Below are positions 18,187 through 20,000 of a stretch of DNA of 20,000 bases, one piece after another. A program made the translations under genes and the position numbers. The notes beneath the pieces are model-generated. The model had not been told where the DNA came from. It saw only the letters and a list, made by a program, of their open reading frames with translations, and ran no database searches. Where the stretch lies: the NCBI GenBank assembly GCA_051599415.1, contig AP039715.1:484892-504891 (forward strand), in the 5' to 3' direction. Origin of the DNA: Savitreella phatthalungensis. Lineage: Eukaryota. Every line of letters starts with the position of its first letter. Positions within the stretch are counted from its first letter, which is position 1.

Positions 18187-18410
18187 TCAGAACACTCAGA
18201 GAAATGTTCTGACCTTGTGCATGGAGGGAAAGCCCCTGAGAGCGCTCTTGCTCCCTGACTGCCTAGACCTTATTGGCAGTTAATTGTTGCTCCAAGCAGG
18301 ATTTGAACTCGAGACCTCAAAGTTCAAATTCTGCCAGACCTGCATCTACCCTCCATGCACAAAGCTTGTGACTCAGTAGCTCAGTGGAGGCCAAACCACT
18401 GTGCTGCAGA
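18187..18410. other. Cluster of nested and adjacent inverted repeats (structured element)
   Basis: Perfect 14-bp outer stem 18215-28/18349-62; inner 14-bp stem 18296-309/18321-34 (one G-T); 6-bp stem 18258-63/18275-80; flanking hairpins 18187-94/18205-12 and 18376-87/18396-407. Confidence 0.75.
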
Positions 18411-19397
18411 CCAAGGGCCTTGCATTGTGAGCACATGGCCAACTGCAGTATGCAATCCCCAAAGGCACCAATCTGAGATAGGTTGAAATGGTGAAAGACC
18501 GTTGTACATGTGAAAAATGTTTTTTATAGAGTTGATCAATGGCTTCATGATGAGACTAGTTTTGTGATCATCTGACATCTGGATCAGAAGATATAGGCAA
18601 TCAAAGCGGTCAAAATGAGAGAATGATGTCATGTTGTGTACACATAGAGGCATAAATTGAACAAGATAGGAGATAGGATAGGAATAAGACGGATCAATTA
18701 AGCGGTGCACATCTGTATGGCATAGACTGGCATGCATTGTTAACAAATGAAATGGTGTGGAATGGGTGTGGAAATGGGAGATAGATAACAATGATCACAG
18801 TCAATCAAAAGTAGACTAGATGTTAGAACAAGGTAGACAGAAAGCACAGACAAGCGCAGTCCCAGCAGAGTGGACAGTGTACAATGCATGACAGGGGGAA
18901 GTACATGTGACAGTGCACAAGACAGACAATAGGAGGAAGTGAGAGTGAATCAGAGTCTGGTGAAAGAAGGGGCACAGCACAGCGCAAGTAATCAGTTTGG
19001 CAAGCAGCAGTGGAGGAAACAGTGCATGCCATGTGACAATGGAGTCAATTGCAATCAATTGATGTTGCACAACAGGCGCCAGTGCCAGTTGCAGTCCAAG
19101 GAATGAGAGTCCAGGCAACAAGGTGGGATCAGGGCCAAACAGTTTGTGTTGATGACAAACAGAGACAGAGTCAATGGCAGGGGGCAGGCAAGAAGTGACA
19201 GAACAGGAATGATGTATTAAGTGATGTTGCAGTTTTTAACAGATGACAGCATTTGTCAAATGGCAGTGCAGTGATGAAACAGGGTACAGTCCAGGCAACA
19301 GTGAGTGACAGAAACAGAAAACAGGAGATGACAGGTGAACAGCAATTGGCAGATTGATGGTTTGACAAATGCCAGGCCCCAGAGCAGGGCAGTGAGT

Positions 19398-19645
19398 CAG
19401 GTGACGGTGCAGGTAACAGCATTTGACACATGATGGTGCAGGTAATGGCATTTGACAGATGTGTTGCAGGTACAGGCGGTTGACAGATGTGTTGCAGGTA
19501 AAGATAAAGATGTTTGACAGGTGGCAGTGCAGGTAACAGCATTTGACAAGCGACATGCAAGTAACAGCATGTGACAGGTGACATGCAGGCAACAGCGTGT
19601 GGCAGGTGACATGCAGGTAACAGCGTGTGGCAGGTGACAGTGCAG
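19398..19645 (+). repeat. Telomere-adjacent degenerate minisatellite, ~28-bp unit (consensus CAGGTGACATGCAGGTAACAGCATTTGA), about 8-9 copies
   Basis: Recurrent tgcaggtaacagcatttgaca and caggtgacatgcagg(t/c)aacagcgtgtgg. Confidence 0.85.
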
Positions 19646-19806
19646 TTGGAGATGAAACAGATGGCAGGGCGGTGAACAGTAGGAATGTGGGGAGCGAATG
19701 GCATGGGATGTTTCAGGGAAACGGTAAACGGGGGAAAGAGTGTCAGATAGATGAGGGATTGAGCGCAGGAGTACAGCAGGGAGAGGAGCAGCAGAGAGGA
19801 GCAGCA

Positions 19807-19924
19807 AGGGTTAGGGTTAGGGTTAGGGTTAGGGTTAGGGTTAGGGTTAGGGTTAGGGTTAGGGTTAGGGTTAGGGTTAGGGTTAGGGTTAGGGTTAGGG
19901 TTAGGGTTAGGGTTAGGGTTAGGG
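19807..19924 (+). repeat. Telomere: AGGG + (TTAGGG)19
   Basis: Perfect array with the G-rich strand running 5'->3' toward the window end, as expected for a right chromosome end. Confidence 0.97.
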
Positions 19925-19980
19925 TTCTCGCAAAGGCAGAAAGTAGTCTTAACCTTAGCAATACGTAACTGAACGAAGTA
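19925..19980 (+). other. Untrimmed Oxford Nanopore native barcode 06 + flank + sequencing adapter (artefact)
   Basis: TTCTCGCAAAGGCAGAAAGTAGTC (19925-48; barcode 06 as I recall it), TTAACCTT flank (19949-56), AGCAATACGTAACTGAACGAAGTA (19957-80), the reverse complement of the ONT adapter TACTTCGTTCAGTTACGTATTGCT. Confidence 0.95.
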
Positions 19981-20000
19981 GAAAAACACTGGCGGCCACA

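Noticed and set aside
18381..19121. Subtelomeric minus-strand ORFs rich in His/Cys/Leu
   Set aside because: Composition follows from TG/CA excess and strand skew; no helicase or transposase motif seen.
19171..19989. ORFs with NPNP / RVRV / LTLT runs
   Set aside because: Translations of the telomere array, minisatellite and adapter; not genes.
19807..20000. Interstitial telomere or telomere-targeted retrotransposon junction
   Set aside because: The distal sequence is Nanopore barcode and adapter.

Overview
Right-hand end of a chromosome from a compact, intron-poor fungal genome. The Arp3 and Atg18 proteins closely resemble the Schizosaccharomyces pombe orthologues as I recall them, suggesting Taphrinomycotina (inference). 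Layout: ~4.6 kb without a recognisable gene but with a diverged local duplication (1-4600). Then eight tightly packed genes (4714-16444): a GPI-type Ser/Thr-rich wall protein, a zeta-crystallin-like quinone reductase, ATG18, mitochondrial uS5, TRM2, ARP3, CCT6 and a GH47 alpha-1,2-mannosidase. Then a decayed ORF, a CpG-depleted subtelomere with several minisatellites and a multi-hairpin element, and (TTAGGG)19. The sequence after the telomere is untrimmed Oxford Nanopore barcode 06 plus adapter, i.e. an artefact. Most interesting signals: an 8-bp motif GYGTCGCA in all five short housekeeping-gene promoters, only 57 bp between co-directional ARP3 and CCT6, a nested-hairpin element in the subtelomere, and a sharp CpG-depletion boundary.
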